Positions 1-16,471 of a stretch of DNA of 64,000 nucleotides are shown here, in pieces (position 1 is the first letter of the stretch; the number at the start of each line of letters is the position of its first letter). Position numbers and translations under genes: made by a program. Source of the DNA: Eledone cirrhosa (taxonomy: Eukaryota); NCBI GenBank assembly GCA_964016885.1, contig CAXHJY010000079.1, positions 124,001 through 188,000 on the forward strand, given 5' to 3'. The notes under the pieces were generated by a model. That model worked only from the letters and a program-made list of their open reading frames with translations, was not told the origin of the DNA and searched no databases.

Positions 1-163
1 TCCAATTGCTAATACTATCTATCGGTCGCAACTCCAGGTAGAAGGAGCAACGTGAAATAAAGTGTCTTGCTCAAGGACATAACGCATCGCCTGGTCCAGG
101 AATCGAACTCACAACCTCACGATTGTGAATCCAATTCTCTAACCACTCAGCCACACGCCTTCA
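1..163 (-). mobile_element. tRNA-derived SINE, CORE-like family A (cut by window edge)
   Basis: The reverse complement has A-box TGGCTGAGTGG and B-box GAGTTCGATTC followed by GTCCTTGAGCAAGACACTTTA. Near-identical to the + strand copy at 60681-60860. Confidence 0.9.
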
Positions 164-257
164 CAATATATATATACATATATATATACATACATATATA
201 TATACATACATATATATATACATACATATATACATACATATATATATACATACATAT

Positions 258-296
<39 letters not shown>

Positions 297-428
297 TGTA
301 AAGTTATATTTAAAATTGTTGGGTTACAACTAGTAAATATTTATAACTGATATAAAAGCACTCGACAAATATTTGGAGTATATTTACAATATTAAATAAA
401 TGGAAAACTATATTTATAAAACCATATT

Positions 429-494
429 TATTTCATTACATATATTTCGGGGATATCATATTAACAATATGCTATGCCTTCATCAGACAAAATA
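429..494 (-). ncRNA. Type I hammerhead ribozyme motif (mirror copy, GUA triplet)
   Basis: Mirror of 669-734 in the left palindrome arm; reads GAAATATATGTA-ATGAAATA. Confidence 0.75.
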
Positions 495-668
495 CAATAT
501 AAACAGTTTTATAGATAAATATATTCGACATACCGTAATAAACATCAACTTCATTTGAAGAGGTTTACTCTAGCAGTAGAGGTTTACTGCTAGAGTAAAC
601 CTCTTCAAATGAAGTTGATGTTTATTACGGTATGTCGAATATATTTATCTATAATACTGTTTATATTG

Positions 669-734
669 TATTTTGTCTGATGAAGGCATAGCATATTGTT
701 AATATGATATCCCCGAAATATATATAATGAAATA
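669..734 (+). ncRNA. Type I hammerhead ribozyme motif (PLE-like)
   Basis: Stem I TATTTTGT/ATGAAATA; CTGATGA at 677-683; stem II 684-714 (11 of 14 pairs); GAA; minimal stem III AT-ATAT-AT; AUA cleavage triplet. Confidence 0.75.
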
Positions 735-774
735 AATATGGTTTTATAAATATAGTTTTCCATTTATTTAATAT

Positions 775-3327
<2,553 letters not shown>

Positions 3328-3912
3328 GTGTGTGTGTGTGTAAATATGTGGCAAAGTTTTTCTTTCCAACATGTAATGAAAACATAGCCACATAGTTGGT
3401 TTATCTTCTCCTCTAAATCTCTCTATATTCCCTCGTGACTTCACTGCAGTCTCGTTACCACAGTTTCATCAAATGCTGAACATGAAATATACAAAATAAT
3501 AACAATAGAAAACTAAAGCTAGAACACGGTTTACAATACAACATAGACATTCACACACACACATATAGAAGTAGATGTGTACATGCACACACAGACATGT
3601 ACATACACACAGTCAGACATTTACACACACACACAGACAGACATTCATGCACACACACACATACAGTCAGACATGTACACACATACAGTCAGACATTCAC
3701 ACACAGACAGACAATCACATACACAGACAGACAAACATTCACACACACACACACACAGACAGACAAACATTCACACACACAAAGACAAACATTCAAGCAC
3801 ACAGACAGACATTCACTCACATACATTATATATAAACATATCTCTGTGTATGTATGTATGTGTATGTAAATGTGTGTGAGATTGTGTGTGTGAGTGTATG
3901 TGTGAGTGTGTA

Positions 3913-4004
<92 letters not shown>

Positions 4005-4235
4005 ACATTACATTTGACATTGCTATCAAAGGCAGTGAGTGATATTTGTTTTTGTCTTGCATAATCAAAAGTACCACAGCTCAGTGGTAGAAAGTGCAGA
4101 GATCAATATCTTAGATCAATATCTTAGATGAAGAGGGACATCTAGCCATAGATTACTGCCCCAGAAATATCTCATACAACCCATGCCAGTGTGGGAAAAT
4201 GAACATAAAACAATAGTGATCATTATAGACATAGT

Positions 4236-4503
4236 GGTAATGATGGTGATGATGATGATGATGGTGATGATGGTGATGATGATGGTGATGGTGGTGATGA
4301 TGGGGATGATGGTGTTGATGATGATGATGGTGATGAAGGTGAAGACAACCATGATGATGATGATGATGGTGATGATGGTGACGATGGTGATGATGATGGT
4401 GATGATGATGGTGATGATGATGGTGATGATGATGATGATGGTGATGATGATGGTGGTGATGTGATGATGATGATGGTGAAGACTATTGTTATGATGATGA
4501 TGA
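4236..4503. repeat. (GAT/GGT)n trinucleotide microsatellite
   Basis: Seen directly. Confidence 0.95.
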
Positions 4504-5021
4504 TTTTAAAATGAGAGGTTTAGTAAAATATGGGCTGAGGTACTCTCAGGTGGTTTGACATCAAAAGAGTTCAATAAATGTAAAATACACCAAACAAAAT
4601 ATAGAGATAATATGTTTTAAATGTCTGACATGGCCCTACCATGTTGCAACAGTCTTTTTAGTGTTTTTTTAAATATGTTTCATGAATATGTTTATGTCTG
4701 AACAGAACAAACTTAACAGCAGAGAAGCAATTAAAAGTAGCAAGGCGTCTCATAAATAAGAGCTGTTTGTTGTTGTTTTACCTTGGAAAGTGTAGCTATG
4801 AGGTAGTAAAATATAAATATAATCAATAAAATAAAAAGTCAAAAGATAGTTACTAGTATTAATGGCAGCTAATAGTATAGACTATATATTGAGTCTTTTG
4901 GGGGGGGGGGGGGGCAGGTATAGTAGTTTCAAGTCGATGATGAGTATACAAAAGCACAGTTTAACACTTTACATACCAATCAACCAGAAACCACCATTAA
5001 TTTTATGATACTAAACTGATT

Positions 5022-5260
5022 ATCATCATCATCATTATTGTTTAATGTCCATATTTTCCACACTAGCATGGGTTAGATGAGTTGTCCTGCTGTGAGACAA
5101 GCCAGATCATAATGGCCATGTCTTGCTCATACAGAACTGTTTCTGGCTTTGTTTCTATGGTTGGATGCCCTTCTTAATGCCAATTACATTTATGGTATGT
5201 ACTGGATGCTTTTTATTGTGACACCTGCATGACCACTTTACAGTGGGGACTGGGTACTGG
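5022..5260 (-). mobile_element. SINE family C (RTE-type 3' tail), decayed
   Basis: CATCATCAT...TTTAATGTCC...CTAGCATGGGTTAGA tail and GGATGCCCTTC core, shared with copies near 12352, 13512 and 23600. Confidence 0.7.
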
Positions 5261-5424
5261 AGGGTGACATAACTTTATCCACAGCAAGGAGTATGCTCAG
5301 AAATCCATATGAAAGCTAAGCCTGTGGATAGTCAGACGAGGCATGACTGAGTAAAGCTTAAAGTAAGTGGTGGTGATGATTCACACACACAGATACATAC
5401 ATACATACATATATATATATATAC

Positions 5425-5481
<57 letters not shown>

Positions 5482-5584
5482 ATACAAGAGTGTGTCTCAC
5501 AGTAAAAGTTGATGGACATGTATTGTGTATGGAAGATGGGATCATGTAAGGTTGACTGGAAGATAAAGACAGAATAAACTGGTC

Positions 5585-5652
<68 letters not shown>

Positions 5653-6161
5653 GAGAGAGAGAGAATTGTTGAGACAAAATAGACAGTTAATTCTAGATGT
5701 AAATATTTAGACTCTACACAAAGAAGACATGAAGAGAAGAAAAGTGAAACGGACAAAAGAAACTGGAATCTGGAGAAATTCTATTGAAGAACACAACTTT
5801 CTATGTTAATAATATTAGAGATTGAAATAGCAATGACAGTGATGATGATGATGGTGGTGGTGGTGGTGGTGGTGGTGGTGATGGTGGTGGTGGTGGTGGT
5901 GATGGTGGTGGTGGTGGTGGTGGTGATGGTGGTGGTGGTGGTGGTGGTGATGGTGGTGATGGTGGTGGTGGTGGTGATGGTGATGGTGGTGATGGTGATG
6001 ATGATGGTGGTGGTGGTGGTGATGGTGGTGGTGGTGATGGTGGTGGTGATGGTGGTGGTGGTGGTGATGGTGGTGATGGTGATGATGATGGTGGTGGTGG
6101 TGGTGGTGGTGATGGTGGTGGTGATGGTGGTGGTGGTGATGGTGGTGGTGGTGGTGGTGAT
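5482..6161 (+). repeat. Local segmental duplication, copy 1 (unique DNA + (GA)n + (GGT/GAT)n)
   Basis: Matches 14670-15365; 5664-5850 is identical by eye. Confidence 0.93.
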
Positions 6162-8315
6162 GTTAGAGAACACAACTTTCTATGTTAATAATATTAGAGA
6201 GCATCTTTTGAAATCTCAGAGTAAGGATTAAAGACATGAATAAGGGACTGGTGGGTGTTGGGAGGGGAGGTGGACTGGAGGGGAGAGGTGGTGGAGGAGT
6301 TAGACTGGAGAGGTGGAGGAGGAGGTGGTGGAGGAGGAGGTGGAGGAGGAGATGGAGGAGGTGTTGGAGGAGGAGATGGAGGAGGAGGTGGAGGAGGTGT
6401 TGGAGGAGGTGTTGGAGGAGGAGATGGAGGAGGAGGTGTTGGAGGAGGAGATGGAGGAGGAGGTGGAGGTGGAGGTGGAATGTTAGGGTTTAGTAAAATG
6501 AAGTTGAATATTATGTTTCAGACAGATGAAATATTTGTCTGAACATCAACTTAGAAAATATATATACATAGATATACATACATACACATATACACATACA
6601 TATAGATATACATACATACATACACACATAGATATACAGACATACACATACACATATACACATACATGTACACATATAGATATACATACATACACACAGA
6701 TATACATACATACATACACATGTACACATATATACATGCATACATACACATAGATATACACACATACACATAGATATACATACATGCAGACATACATACA
6801 CATGTACACATATATACACAGTCATACATAAACATATATACACATACAAACACAGACACAGATGCTCGCAGACATACATACACATGCACGTTAACACACA
6901 CAGACATAAACACACATACACATGCATGTTAACACATACATACAACATAGAAACATCATTTCTCCAACCGTTGAACAAGATGGTTTATAAGTAGTCAGAT
7001 TAATAGACCTGTTAGAAATTACAAGTTAAATCCACCCTACTATATTAATCCTTTCATTACTGTAAATGTAACAAACTCTATTTCAATTAACTAATTAGCA
7101 GCTTTGAAAGGTTTACTAACATTATTTATCCTTTCATTACTATCATAGTAACTTAACATTCTATAAGGTTTCTTTAACAAAATAAGTTTGGAAGACATTG
7201 AATTGGTTTTAACTTTGGTACATCACCAGTACATGACTGGTACTTTATTATATGGACCTCAGTACATGACTGGTACTATATATATGGACCCCAGTACATG
7301 GCTGGTACATTATTTTATCTATTCCAGAACAATGAAAGGCAAATTGACCATGGTAGGATTTGAACCTAAAGAGTAAAAAGTCTGAATAAATACTGCAAAA
7401 TATTTCTGTTCGATGCTCAAAGGATTCTTCCCCCTCACCACACTTTTGCATTAATTAAAAATAGATCTAAACACACATGCCTGAAATACAAAAAGTAAAC
7501 ACAACTTCCCTCCACAAAGAACCCCCCTGCTCCCCTGGGTAGTCAAATTCAGAATACCTTTCAGTTAAGGTTTACCTAATCAAGGCTGACTTGGGGTTAA
7601 AAAACAATAACTTTCTAATCCCCAAAATTACAGGAAATGACTTTTATGGGAAAATGTAAATGTGAATTGACCAGGCACAAATATTTGTTGAAGAGATCTA
7701 GAGTTGATTGGATTAACTCTCCCCATACCACACTTCACTACACCACACCCACCACTCCACACCACACCACCTCTCCACACTACACCACTCAACACTACAC
7801 CTCACCACCTCCACTACACTACACCACACCACATCCACCACTCCACACCACCTCTCCACACTACACCACTCAACACTACACCCCACCACACGCAACACTA
7901 CACCACACCACCTCCACCACACTACATCCACCACACAATATTATTGAAGAGACTAAGAGTGGATTGGATCACCCCCCCCCCCCCCCCAATAATATTGGCC
8001 ATTCTCCAGTTAATTAAATACAAATATGATCCAGAAAGAATTATGAACTATAAACACAGAACGATGGAAGCCACTAATTATTTTAAAGTTAATTATTCTA
8101 GTTTTCCATAATTATGATCCATTGGATCTGACCAATTAGAGAACAGTAAACAATGTTTCAATGCTATATTCCTATAGTTGGTCTCTTATTGCAAGTAAAC
8201 ACACACATGCACACTCTCACAAGCACACACACACAGACACACATACACTCACTCATGCTCACACACACACATACTCATATGCATGCATACACATACACAC
8301 AAATATATATATATA

Positions 8316-8393
8316 CAGGGTATACCAAAAAATGTATACACACTTTGATTAGAATGTTGTTGAAGTGTGTATATATTTTTGGGGGGGACACCA

Positions 8394-8395
<2 letters not shown>
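8316..8395. mobile_element. Tc1/mariner-type mini-MITE
   Basis: TA-CAGGGT...CACCATG-TA with imperfect TIRs; related copies at 40893-40968 and 41059-41149. Confidence 0.75.
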
Positions 8396-8433
<38 letters not shown>

Positions 8434-8927
8434 GAATCTATCTATATATCTTTATTTGTTTTTAACTGTGGTCACCTCCCAATTACCCAGACACCCATCT
8501 TGAAAAATCCAGACCATTTAACATTAGTTCAAAGTGGAGTGCACTTTGCACTGATGAAAAATACAGAATCTTCCACAGTTTGAATCCTCTAATGTATACT
8601 TAAACTCTAAAAAGGAGATTTTTAGTTGTTTACACTGAAAAAAAAAATTTCTTCTGATAGAAACATCAACCTTAGACACAGAATCTTCATACATAGAAGT
8701 ACCTCTCTTCTACACACTTTTCTCAAATCTGTAGTTTTCCAAGAGCTATCTTCCCTTGAATATAACAAAAGAACCTAAAATTTCTGTTTAAGTTTTTTCT
8801 TTCTATATCTGGTCCAGACATTTTAAAATTCACCAGATGAAATGACTGACTTATTATCGATTGAGATAATGCAGTCCGACTCCTCCCATGAAACCTAAGG
8901 TAGTGTTATAATGTTTTGAGAGTAGGA

Positions 8928-8984
<57 letters not shown>

Positions 8985-9849
8985 CAAGATAGGATGGACA
9001 GAGGTGAAATGGGTTTAATCATATGCCTGCTCAATCACAGATAAAGGACTAAATGAAGAAGACAAAGAAGAAGAAACCTAAGATGAACAAGGAGAAAAAG
9101 AAAAAAGAAAAGAAAAAAGGAGAAGGAGGAGGAGAAGAAGAAAAAGAAGAAATGTGTTGAATGTTGATGTGTAAACCTGTGAAGATATTTTCTGCTGCCC
9201 AACAAAATAGAAGATAAACTGAAGGAAGAGGATAGTTACAGATACATGGCATGAAAAGAAAGAAAAAGGAGAAAGAAGAAGAAAAATAAGAAAGAAAAAT
9301 CACACCTCACCTAACCCCAACCCTAGACATACATACAAACAAACAAAAAAAAAAACAACCCAAAACTAAAGAAAACCAAAAAGGGACCCCCTTCTTCTCC
9401 CATTAAAGAAAGATTTGTCAGATCATTAAAGGTTAAATAGCTTTCAGACAAATAAGATTTTAGATGAGTAATCATTTGTGAAAGGAGATAACAATTAATT
9501 AGCGCTTATTTAGATAAAGTACAATTTAGAATACATAGCCTCCACCCCTTCTAACATCCCATACACAACCTTGGAGAAAGAAAGACACAAAAAAAAAATG
9601 CAATTAATCACAAGGGTCTCGTTAGAAATGGAAATTCTATAGGGTTGTTCTTACAGTGTAACCTTTTGAAAGGAAAGAGAGCTCTCCCTTGAGGGAGGTG
9701 GAAAGTGGAATATCTCACTTCCATTATTTCCTCCTTCTCTCTCTCATTTGTTTTGATATATATTGTATATACTCATGTATAATTCACACCAGTAGATAAG
9801 TTACACCTCCTCTACATTCTTAGATCTGTACTTTATTTGAGATCACCAC

Positions 9850-10420
9850 CAGAGAAGAAGGAGAAGAAGAAAGATATTATTGGAGGGGTTAGAGCTGAGA
9901 AGAAGGAGAAGAAGAAAGATATTATTGGAGGGGGTTAGAGCTGAGAAGAAGGAGAAGGATATTATTGGAGGGGTTAGAGCTGAGAAGAAGGAGAAGAAGA
10001 AAGATATTATTGGAGGGGGTTAGAGCTGAGAAGAAGGAGAAGGATATTATTGGAGGGGTTAGAGCTGAGAAGAAGGAGAAGAAGAAATATTATTGGAGGG
10101 GGTTAGCGCTGAGAAGAAGGAGAAGAAGAAAGATATTATTGGAGGGGTTAGAGCTGAGAAGAAGGAGAAAAAGAAAGATATTATTGGAGGGGTTAGAGCT
10201 GAGAAGAAGGAGAAGAAGAAAGATATTATTGGAGGGGTTAGAGCTGAGAAGAAGGAGAAGAAGAAAGATATTATTGGAGGGGGTTAGGCTGAGAAGAAGG
10301 AGAAGAAGAAAGATATTATTGGAGGGGGTTAGAGCTGAGAAGAAGGAGAAGAAGAAAGATATTATTGGAGGGGTTAGAGCTGAGAAGGAGAAGAAGAAAG
10401 ATATTATTGGAGGGGGTTAG
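9850..10420. repeat. 45-bp minisatellite, about 13 units
   Basis: Unit GAGAAGAAGGAGAAGAAGAAAGATATTATTGGAGGGGTTAGAGCT, with length variants. Confidence 0.95.
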
Positions 10421-10644
10421 AGAAAGCCAGAGAAGAAGAAAAAGGTTAAGAAAGATATTGTCAGAGGTGGTTAGAGCTAATTTCAACAAACTGAACCTCA
10501 CAGAAGTGATGATAAAGGAAACAAAAAGATGAATGGAGAGATGCTGTACTGGATAGGGTTTATCTAAACTTTGTAAGTATAGAGAGATGAATATAAAAGT
10601 AATGATGACAACGATGATGATGACGATGATAATTATAGTGGTGT

Positions 10645-11010
10645 TGATGATGGTAGATTAGTGGTGGTGACTCTGATGAAGATGGTGTTGTGGTTGAGGG
10701 TGGTGATGATGGGAGATTAGTGGTGGTTGTGGTGGTGACTCTGATGAAGATGGTGTTGAGGTTGAGGGTGGTGATGATGGGAGACTAGTGGTGGTTGTGG
10801 TGGTGACTCTGATGAAGATGGTGTTGAGGTTGAGGGTGGTGATGATGGTAGATTAGTGGTGGTTGTGCTGGTGACTGATGAAGATGGTGTTGAGGTTGAG
10901 GGTGGTGATGATGGTAGATTAGTGGTGGTTGTGCTGGTGACTGATGAAGATGGTGTTGAGGTTGAGGGTGGTGATGATGGTAGATTAGTGGTGGTTGTGC
11001 TGGTGACTAT
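10645..11010. repeat. About 66-bp minisatellite, about 5.5 units
   Basis: Unit GATGAAGATGGTGTTGAGGTTGAGGGTGGTGATGATGGTAGATTAGTGGTGGTTGTGCTGGTGACT. Confidence 0.92.
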
Positions 11011-11546
11011 GATGATATCAATGACAATATTGATGATGATGGTGATGATATTGCTGATGGTTATGATGATATTAATGATGATGATGATAGTGGAGGTAGT
11101 GATGATATTGATGATGATGATGATGGTGGAGGTAGTGATGATATTGATGATGATGATGATAGCGGTGGTGGGGATGATATTGATGACAGGTCCAATATAT
11201 AAGTTACATGCTATTTTTTCTACTCAATATTTCTGTAGAAATAAAGAGCAGGCCTCCACCTGAATACAAACAATTTTCTGTTTTACTTTGAATGGAATAG
11301 TTTACATAAACTTATCTGTTTGTAACTGTTCTACAAACACTTGATTTTGTTGTGGTTGTTGTGGTTGTTTTCTTTTCCAGTTGGATACTTCCCTTTTTTC
11401 TATCATTAATCACTCAACTATGAAATCAGAATTGAACTTATGATCAATTGAATTGATAATCAATACATTGATAAGTTGAAGAGAAAGTAAAGTTGTCTGT
11501 TGGTTGTGTTATTTTTTAGTAGAACACAACACAACATATCTTGCAG

Positions 11547-11918
11547 TAAGGTTTCAAACCCATCACACCCTATCATGGGTAGCCCTGCTCTAAGGTTTCC
11601 AACCCATCACACCCTATCATGGGTAGCCCTGCTCTAAGGTTTCCAACCCATCACACTCTATCATGGGTAGCCCTGCACTAAGGTTTCCGACCCATCACAC
11701 CCTATCATGGGTAGCCCTGCACTAAGGTTTCCGACCCATCACACCCTATCATGGGTAGCCCTGCTCTAAGGTTTCCAACCCATCACATTCTATCATGGGT
11801 AGCCCTGCACTAAGGTTTCCAACCCATCACACTCTATCATGGGTAGCCCTGCACTAAGGTTTCCGACCCATCACACCCTATCATGGGTAGCCCTGCTCTA
11901 AGGTTTCCAACCCATCAC
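11547..11918. repeat. 44-bp minisatellite, about 8.5 units
   Basis: Unit TAAGGTTTCCAACCCATCACACCCTATCATGGGTAGCCCTGCTC. Confidence 0.96.
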
Positions 11919-12032
11919 ATCAATCATGCATATTACATACTATAGTAGAAGAGTAAATAATTTAAAAAAAAGCTAGTAATATGTGCTGGCAAATAGTAAC
12001 ACAAAGACTTTCAAATTAACAAGTTGAAACAG

Positions 12033-12188
12033 AATTTATACTGTGAGGGTGTAGACAAGTTTAACACATCTAATTTATACTGTGAGGGTGTAGACAAGTT
12101 TAACACATCTAATTTATACTGTGAGGGTGTAGACAAGTTTAACACATCTAATTTATTCTGTGAGGGTGTAGACAAGTTTAACACATCT
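12033..12188. repeat. 39-bp tandem repeat x4
   Basis: Unit AATTTATACTGTGAGGGTGTAGACAAGTTTAACACATCT. Confidence 0.96.
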
Positions 12189-12351
12189 CTTTTGTCTAAA
12201 TTATTAACCATCTTGCTAACAACAGCTATGAGCCCTTTTTGAATTCCATATGTCTAATACTTGTAAACAATAATTTTATAGCACAGAATAAAGTGTAGAT
12301 TCTGGTGAGTTGCTATGAAAAATATTGAGGATTTTAACTTAGAATACAAGC

Positions 12352-12525
12352 ATCATCATCATCACTGTTTAACGTCCATTTCCTCACGCTAGCATGGGTT
12401 AGACAAGTTATCCTGTTGTGAACAATGCCAAGTCAGGTGCTTATGTCTTGTTCATACAGAACTGATTTTGGCTTGGTTTCTACAGCTGGATGCCCTTCTT
12501 AGTGCTAACATCATTTACAGTGAAC
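12352..12525 (-). mobile_element. SINE family C fragment
   Basis: TTTAACGTCC...GCTAGCATGGGTTAGAC tail; TTTCTACAGCTGGATGCCCTTC core. Confidence 0.75.
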
Positions 12526-13170
12526 AACCATATAAATACCACAAAGTATTTTATAGTAACACTGTTATTGACACCTCCCTCCTACTGTCCTCGAATACTT
12601 GGTCTTTAGTATTACATCCTCAAACATTTTCTTGGCTTTGTCTTCCTTCCTCTGTTATGGCGCCAACATTTTATTGGCTTATTCCATTTATATTGTTAGT
12701 TCTTCAATAATGTCTTTACTGGTATTTATTGAGTGGCTTCACTACTAATATATAATTAGTTCTACTAAAATAAACTACTCCTACTACTACTAACACTACT
12801 ATTAATACCACAACCACCATTACTACTACTACTACTACTCCTATCAACACTGCTACAACTACTACCACCACCACCACAACCACCACTACTACAACAACTA
12901 TACCATCTACCACCACCACCACCACTACAACAACTAAACCACCACCACCACCACTACTACAACTTCTACCACCACCACCACCATTGCTACTACTACTACC
13001 ACCACTACTACCACCACCACTACCACTACTACCACCACCACCATACCATTTACTACAGTCAGTTATAACCACACTAGTCTGACTTCTGGAAATTCTTCAG
13101 CTCAGGAAATACTCTTCTCAAGATTAATTAATATTTAACATTTTTATATATTTTACAACCAATCATAGAA

Positions 13171-13227
<57 letters not shown>

Positions 13228-13511
13228 GGGTGTAGAAGATAATAATAATAATAATGAAATTATTGTGTACAGTGCTCAGGTGCACTACAACTCATCAAAG
13301 GTGCATGTATAGTACATAGAATAATGTAAAAATGTCAGGAAAATGAACAGTGTATGAGTCATGAAATACATGTGTGCATGTATATGGAGGGGGATATCAG
13401 GTGTACTGGCGAATCTCAGGAAGCATGGAGGTTTTAAACGATGCAGTGTCTTGACAGCTAACAACTGATGCAGGTAGATCTTACAACCAATCATACAACT
13501 GGGTGTCTGTG

Positions 13512-13659
13512 TCATCATCATCGTCACCGTTTTACGTCCGTTCTTCCATGCTAGCATGGGTTAGACGGGTTGTCCTGTTGTGGGCAGTGTCTGGTTGGCT
13601 GACCATGCCTTGCTCATACAGGAACTGATTTTGGCTTGATTTCTACAGCTGGATGCCCT
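13512..13659 (-). mobile_element. SINE family C fragment
   Basis: Same tail and core as the 12352 copy. Confidence 0.75.
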
Positions 13660-13689
13660 ATATGTGTGTATATATATATGTGTGTATAT

Positions 13690-14148
13690 TGTCAAAGGGC
13701 AAAGGAGCTCTTAGGAGTCAATGGCAATCCAAAATCACCGGCAGAGATGACCCCTTAGCCTTTGTCAAGGCAGAATTCTAGTAGAAGGAAAACTCTGATA
13801 TAACACCTGCAACTCTGATGGTATCCAATGATGTTGACTTGTTCTTCTTTTTGGTAAATATCATCTTGGTTAAGAGAGTGGGACTGGCTTTGTGCAGTGC
13901 CTTTGCTCACTATAAAAGCTTCACGGCACAGGCATTGCTTTATATCTGGAGATCTCTCTGCACTTGTCGTCACATGGTACCATGGGCCCAGCACTATGTG
14001 TCAATAATTGTCACAAGTGTAGTGTTTGTACCAGAGTTTTCAAGTCACTGGCTGGACTAAAAAGTCACACTCATTCAGCGCATCGGTAGGGGTTCTCCTA
14101 CATGGATATACAGTAGTGGCCGTACTCGAAAACGAGTTGGCAGCCACC

Positions 14149-14150
<2 letters not shown>
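13690..14150 (+). mobile_element. 5'-truncated LINE 3' end with C-terminal C2H2-like motif
   Basis: Encodes [22 protein letters not shown]; ends GCAGCCACCAT(AT)n; highly similar copy at 36947-37320. Confidence 0.8.
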
Positions 14151-14179
<29 letters not shown>

Positions 14180-14230
14180 GTTGATGGCTGAGAGAAAGGA
14201 GTACTCAATAGCAAGGCTAAATAGTGAGTC

Positions 14231-14272
14231 TTGTTACCCTGGAGTTTCACCTGTTTATCACAGGCTCATCAA
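14231..14272 (-). ncRNA. Hammerhead core, 5'-truncated at C3
   Basis: Minus strand reads TGATGA-GCCTG-TGATAAA-CAGGT-GAA-ACTC-CA-GGGT-A. The 5' strand of stem I is missing. GTACTCAATA cap at 14201(+). Confidence 0.7.
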
Positions 14273-14576
14273 TCTGTATGTATGGAAATATACATTTTTA
14301 CAAAATTCTAGATAACAAAGAACCCCTTAATTCAGTTTTAGATCTTATAAAATAACTAAAAATAGTTCTGTTGCTTTTATTGTGAGAAACATCATGGATT
14401 CTAGGTTTTATATTCAAAGGGTTAAGATTTATTCCCTACAATAACTGAAAAAAAGGATAAAAAGGTGAATGTGGATTTTATAAATGTTGGATAGAAGTAT
14501 TGGAAACTGAAGTTACAGATATAATAAATATAAGTGTGCTGAGAATATGATGGGCTGTCACAATTATTGATCACTG

Positions 14577-14622
<46 letters not shown>

Positions 14623-14669
14623 AGCAGGGAAAGTGGACGCTAAAACAACGACAATGATATATATATATG

Positions 14670-15046
14670 ATACAAGAGTGTGTCTGATAGTATAAAGTTG
14701 ATGGACATGTATTGTGTATGGATGATGGGATCATGTAATGTTGACTGGAAGATGAAGACAGAATAAACTGCTACAGAGAGAGGGAGAGAGAGAGGGAGAG
14801 AGAGAGAGAGGGAGAGAGAGAGAGAGGGAGAGAGAGAGAGAGGGAGAGAGAGAGAGAGGGAGAGAGAGATAATTGTTGAGACAAAATAGACAGTTAATTC
14901 TAGATGTAAATATTTAGACTCTACACAAAGAAGACATGAAGAGAAGAAAAGTGAAACGGACAAAAGAAACTGGAATCTGGAGAAATTCTATTGAAGAACA
15001 CAACTTTCTATGTTAATAATATTAGAGATTGAAATAGCAATGACAG

Positions 15047-15077
<31 letters not shown>

Positions 15078-15365
15078 GGTGGTGATGGTGGTGGTGGTGG
15101 TGGTGATGGTGGTGGTGGTGGTGGTGGTGGTGGTGATGGTGGTGGTGGTGGTGGTGGTGGTGGTGATGGTGATGGTGGTGGTGGTGGTGATGGTGGTGGT
15201 GGTGATGGTGGTGGTGGTGGTGGTGGTGGTGGTGGTGATGGTGGTGGTGGTGGTGGTGGTGGTGGTGGTGGTGGTGATGGTGGTGGTGATGGTGGTGGTG
15301 GTGATGGTGGTGGTGATGGTGGTGGTGGTGATGGTGGTGGTGGTGATGGTGGTGATGGTGGTGAT
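14670..15365 (+). repeat. Local segmental duplication, copy 2
   Basis: Matches 5482-6161. Confidence 0.93.
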
Positions 15366-16471
15366 GAGTACAATTATGTTAATCTTCATGATGATGATGA
15401 TGATAGAGAACAATGATGTAATGATGATGTTGATGAAGGTAACAGTTATGATGGCGGGGATTATGAGAGAGACAACAATGGTGGCAGTGATGATGATAGT
15501 AATGATGATGATGGTGGTAAGTAATAACATTGGAAAGATGATGATGATGATGATTACAATTATGATAATCTTGAAGTTAACCATGATGATGATGATGATG
15601 TGACAATGAAGATGATGTTGCAATGATGATGATGTGACAATAGAAATGATGCTGACACAGCAACAATGATGGCAGTAAACCTGATAACTCGTGTAAAACC
15701 TGTCAAAAATGGCTGCCATTCATTTCCATCACTTTTCAATAATTCTTAATCTTTCTGCTTTAAACCTTTCACCATTTTTTATCTTGTCTTTTATTTTGTC
15801 ATCTTTTAGAAATTCTTACATTTTTTTTACTCTTTATCTTCATTTCCTCTCTTTCTCTCCCTCACTCATCCATTCTCTCTCTTTCTCTCCCTCACTCATC
15901 TATTCTCTTTCTCTCCCACTCCATTCTCTATCTCTCTCTCTCTCTCTCTCACTCCTCTTTCCCTCCATTCTCTCTTGCTCTTCTTCTGTTGTTCCTTCCC
16001 TCTTAATCTTTCTCCATCTCTCAGTCTCTCTCTCTCTCTCAGTCACTCTTCTCTCCCCCTCTCTCTCTCCAAACTATATCCACTGGACGAAATGAACTTA
16101 ACAACTGCTATCTATGGGCTAAGGTGGGGGTGTTAATCAGAGTGGACCCTACTAAAGGTACTTAAGGGCCAGACAGAGATGTTAAGCAGAGTAGACCCTG
16201 CTAATGGCACCCTGAAATCAAGGTTAAACCAGGAGACAAAGTTTACCAATCAAGCAGACCAAAGTGGGATTTGAACTCAGAAAACAGAGCTGAAATAAAT
16301 ACCACAAGGTACCAGTGTTGCACTTCACAACAGTTCTGACAATTTACTGCCATGGACAAGTAATTTATTGACCCTGAAAAGGTGTGAGACTAAGTTGAAT
16401 TCAACAGGATTTGAACTCAGAGAGGAAAATGTTGGAAGAAGAAAAACTGCCAAGTAATTTTGTTCTTTGCT

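Noticed and set aside
5781-6542. Poly-Pro (extensin-like), poly-Thr, poly-Val and poly-Gly ORFs, also at 14988-15719
   Set aside because: Translations of (GGT/GAT)n and (GGA)n microsatellites, with no splice or domain context.
9850-10420. Telomere-like GGGGTTAG and Arg/Lys-rich ORFs
   Set aside because: A single motif within a 45-bp unit, not a tandem TTAGGG array; the ORFs are repeat translations.
11547-12188. CRISPR-like regular arrays (also 32262, 49128, 49780, 53340)
   Set aside because: Head-to-tail tandem units with no unique spacers and no cas genes, in a eukaryotic context.
14030-14090. Host C2H2 zinc-finger gene exon
   Set aside because: A single finger at the end of a duplicated, 5'-truncated segment ending in (AT)n, which fits a LINE ORF C-terminus better.
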